This document shows positions 63,298 to 64,000 of a stretch of DNA of 64,000 nt, piece after piece. Position 1 is the stretch's first letter. Each line of letters begins with the position of its first letter. The notes beneath the pieces are model-generated. The model was given only the letters and a program-made list of their open reading frames with translations, had not been told where the DNA came from and did no database searches. Made by a program: the position numbers and the translations under genes. The DNA is from Endomicrobiales bacterium (GTDB taxonomy: Bacteria; Elusimicrobiota; Endomicrobiia; Endomicrobiales; CAWCFT01). Location of the stretch: positions 3,479 to 67,478 of the forward strand of contig CAWCFT010000018.1 in assembly GCA_963794945.1 (NCBI GenBank), given 5' to 3'.

Positions 63298-64000
63298 ATG
63301 ACCAAACTTCATTTTGCGACTATTTTAACCATATTTCTTTCTATATACTTTGGCATGCATTACTTCGTTTTCACTAGTATAGCGAACGGCCTTGCTGTTT
63401 TTGGAACCGCGAGATCGGCTTTGAAACTATTCTTCCTCATTGCGGCTTGCTCTTTCATTTTAACAGAATTTCTTACACACAAATGGTCGGCCGCTTGGCT
63501 AAGGCCGATCGCAAATTTCGGATATATATGGCTTGGAACTCTTTCCATAGCATTGTCGTTGTTTCTGGTTGCTGATATCGCCCATATTATTATGCCTGGG
63601 CTTGTTTTGCGATATAATATTACCGTTGTAACCCTTATTTTGATAGCAGTCGCAAGTGCCTATTCTCTTATCAATGTCGCGTCTGGTCCGGTCCTCAAAG
63701 AAATTGAGATCGGTACTAAGAAATTGCCGGCAGGAACCAACCAGTTAATCATTGTTCAACTTTCCGACATGCATATTGATATGCTTACGCGGCCGGAATG
63801 GCTAAGAGGCCTGGTAACCAGAACAAATGAGATTAAACCGGATATTATTCTTATCACAGGAGACTTGATTGATGCAGCGATCTATAATGGCCCTGTCTAT
63901 TGTGAAATTCTCAGGAGCCTCAAAAGCAAGTACGGAGTGTTCGCCGTATCGGGCAACCATGAATTTTACGTAGGGATGGACATTTTTATCAGGACCGCTA
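63298..64000 (+). CDS. Membrane-anchored calcineurin-like metallophosphoesterase (3' end outside the window)
   Basis: My own translation gives MTKLHFATILTIFLSIYFGMHYFVF.. with several N-terminal TM helices. Phosphoesterase motifs follow: QLSDMHID (DxH), ITGDLID (GD), SGNHEF (GNHE). It is absent from the ORF track because it runs off the right edge. Confidence 0.8.
   Translation, partial: MTKLHFATILTIFLSIYFGMHYFVFTSIANGLAVFGTARSALKLFFLIAACSFILTEFLTHKWSAAWLRPIANFGYIWLGTLSIALSLFLVADIAHIIMPGLVLRYNITVVTLILIAVASAYSLINVASGPVLKEIEIGTKKLPAGTNQLIIVQLSDMHIDMLTRPEWLRGLVTRTNEIKPDIILITGDLIDAAIYNGPVYCEILRSLKSKYGVFAVSGNHEFYVGMDIFIRTA

Noticed and set aside
1-64000. Search for tRNA, rRNA, CRISPR arrays, transposases/integrases, phage genes, or direct repeats marking a mobile island.
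   Set aside because: Nothing convincing was seen by eye: no clover-leaf candidates with T-loop consensus, no short regularly spaced repeats, and no DDE or tyrosine-recombinase motifs in any long ORF. Absence is based on visual reading only.

Overview
A bacterial chromosomal window of moderate GC. I saw no rRNA, tRNA, CRISPR array, transposase or integrase. About three quarters of the window belongs to two divergently oriented, paralogous giant coding regions.

Giant region A is on the minus strand. It starts at 11875, runs off the left edge, spans at least ~3,950 codons and is called as 5 ORF pieces.

Giant region B is on the plus strand at 20832..56620. It is ~35.8 kb (~11,900 codons) and is called as 9 ORF pieces.

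At the breaks that can be aligned to a paralog or an internal repeat, the homology continues straight through in a shifted frame. At the others the shifted frame is already open upstream of the called start. I therefore read each region as one gene interrupted by 1-nt indels, caused either by assembly/polishing errors or by decay. Similar breaks hit pfkA, an HD-GYP response regulator, a nucleotidyltransferase gene and one macB paralog.

Each giant gene opens with a Sec-like signal peptide and a shared N-terminal region of more than 800 aa. Each is preceded by a small exported Cys-containing protein and a conserved three-hairpin leader.

- A also carries a B12-binding/radical-SAM domain, a phosphohexomutase domain, a methyltransferase-like domain and a six-hairpin glycosidase-like domain.
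- B carries an HExxH peptidase, a HAD-like domain and a SpoT-type HD domain.
- B also has three [transglutaminase-like + TPR] modules and a GNAT-GT2-deaminase-2H-GNAT cassette.
- B further contains a GHKL ATPase domain and several families of long internal repeats, named X, Y, Z, W and V here.
- B is followed by genes for a TolC-like protein, a MacA-like adaptor and two tandem MacB paralogs.

An ~8 kb housekeeping island lies between A and B. It holds three lipoprotein genes, a nucleotidyltransferase gene, tyrS, a cNMP-binding protein gene, pfkA and the HD-GYP regulator gene.

All domain calls come from motifs read by eye. No database search was run.
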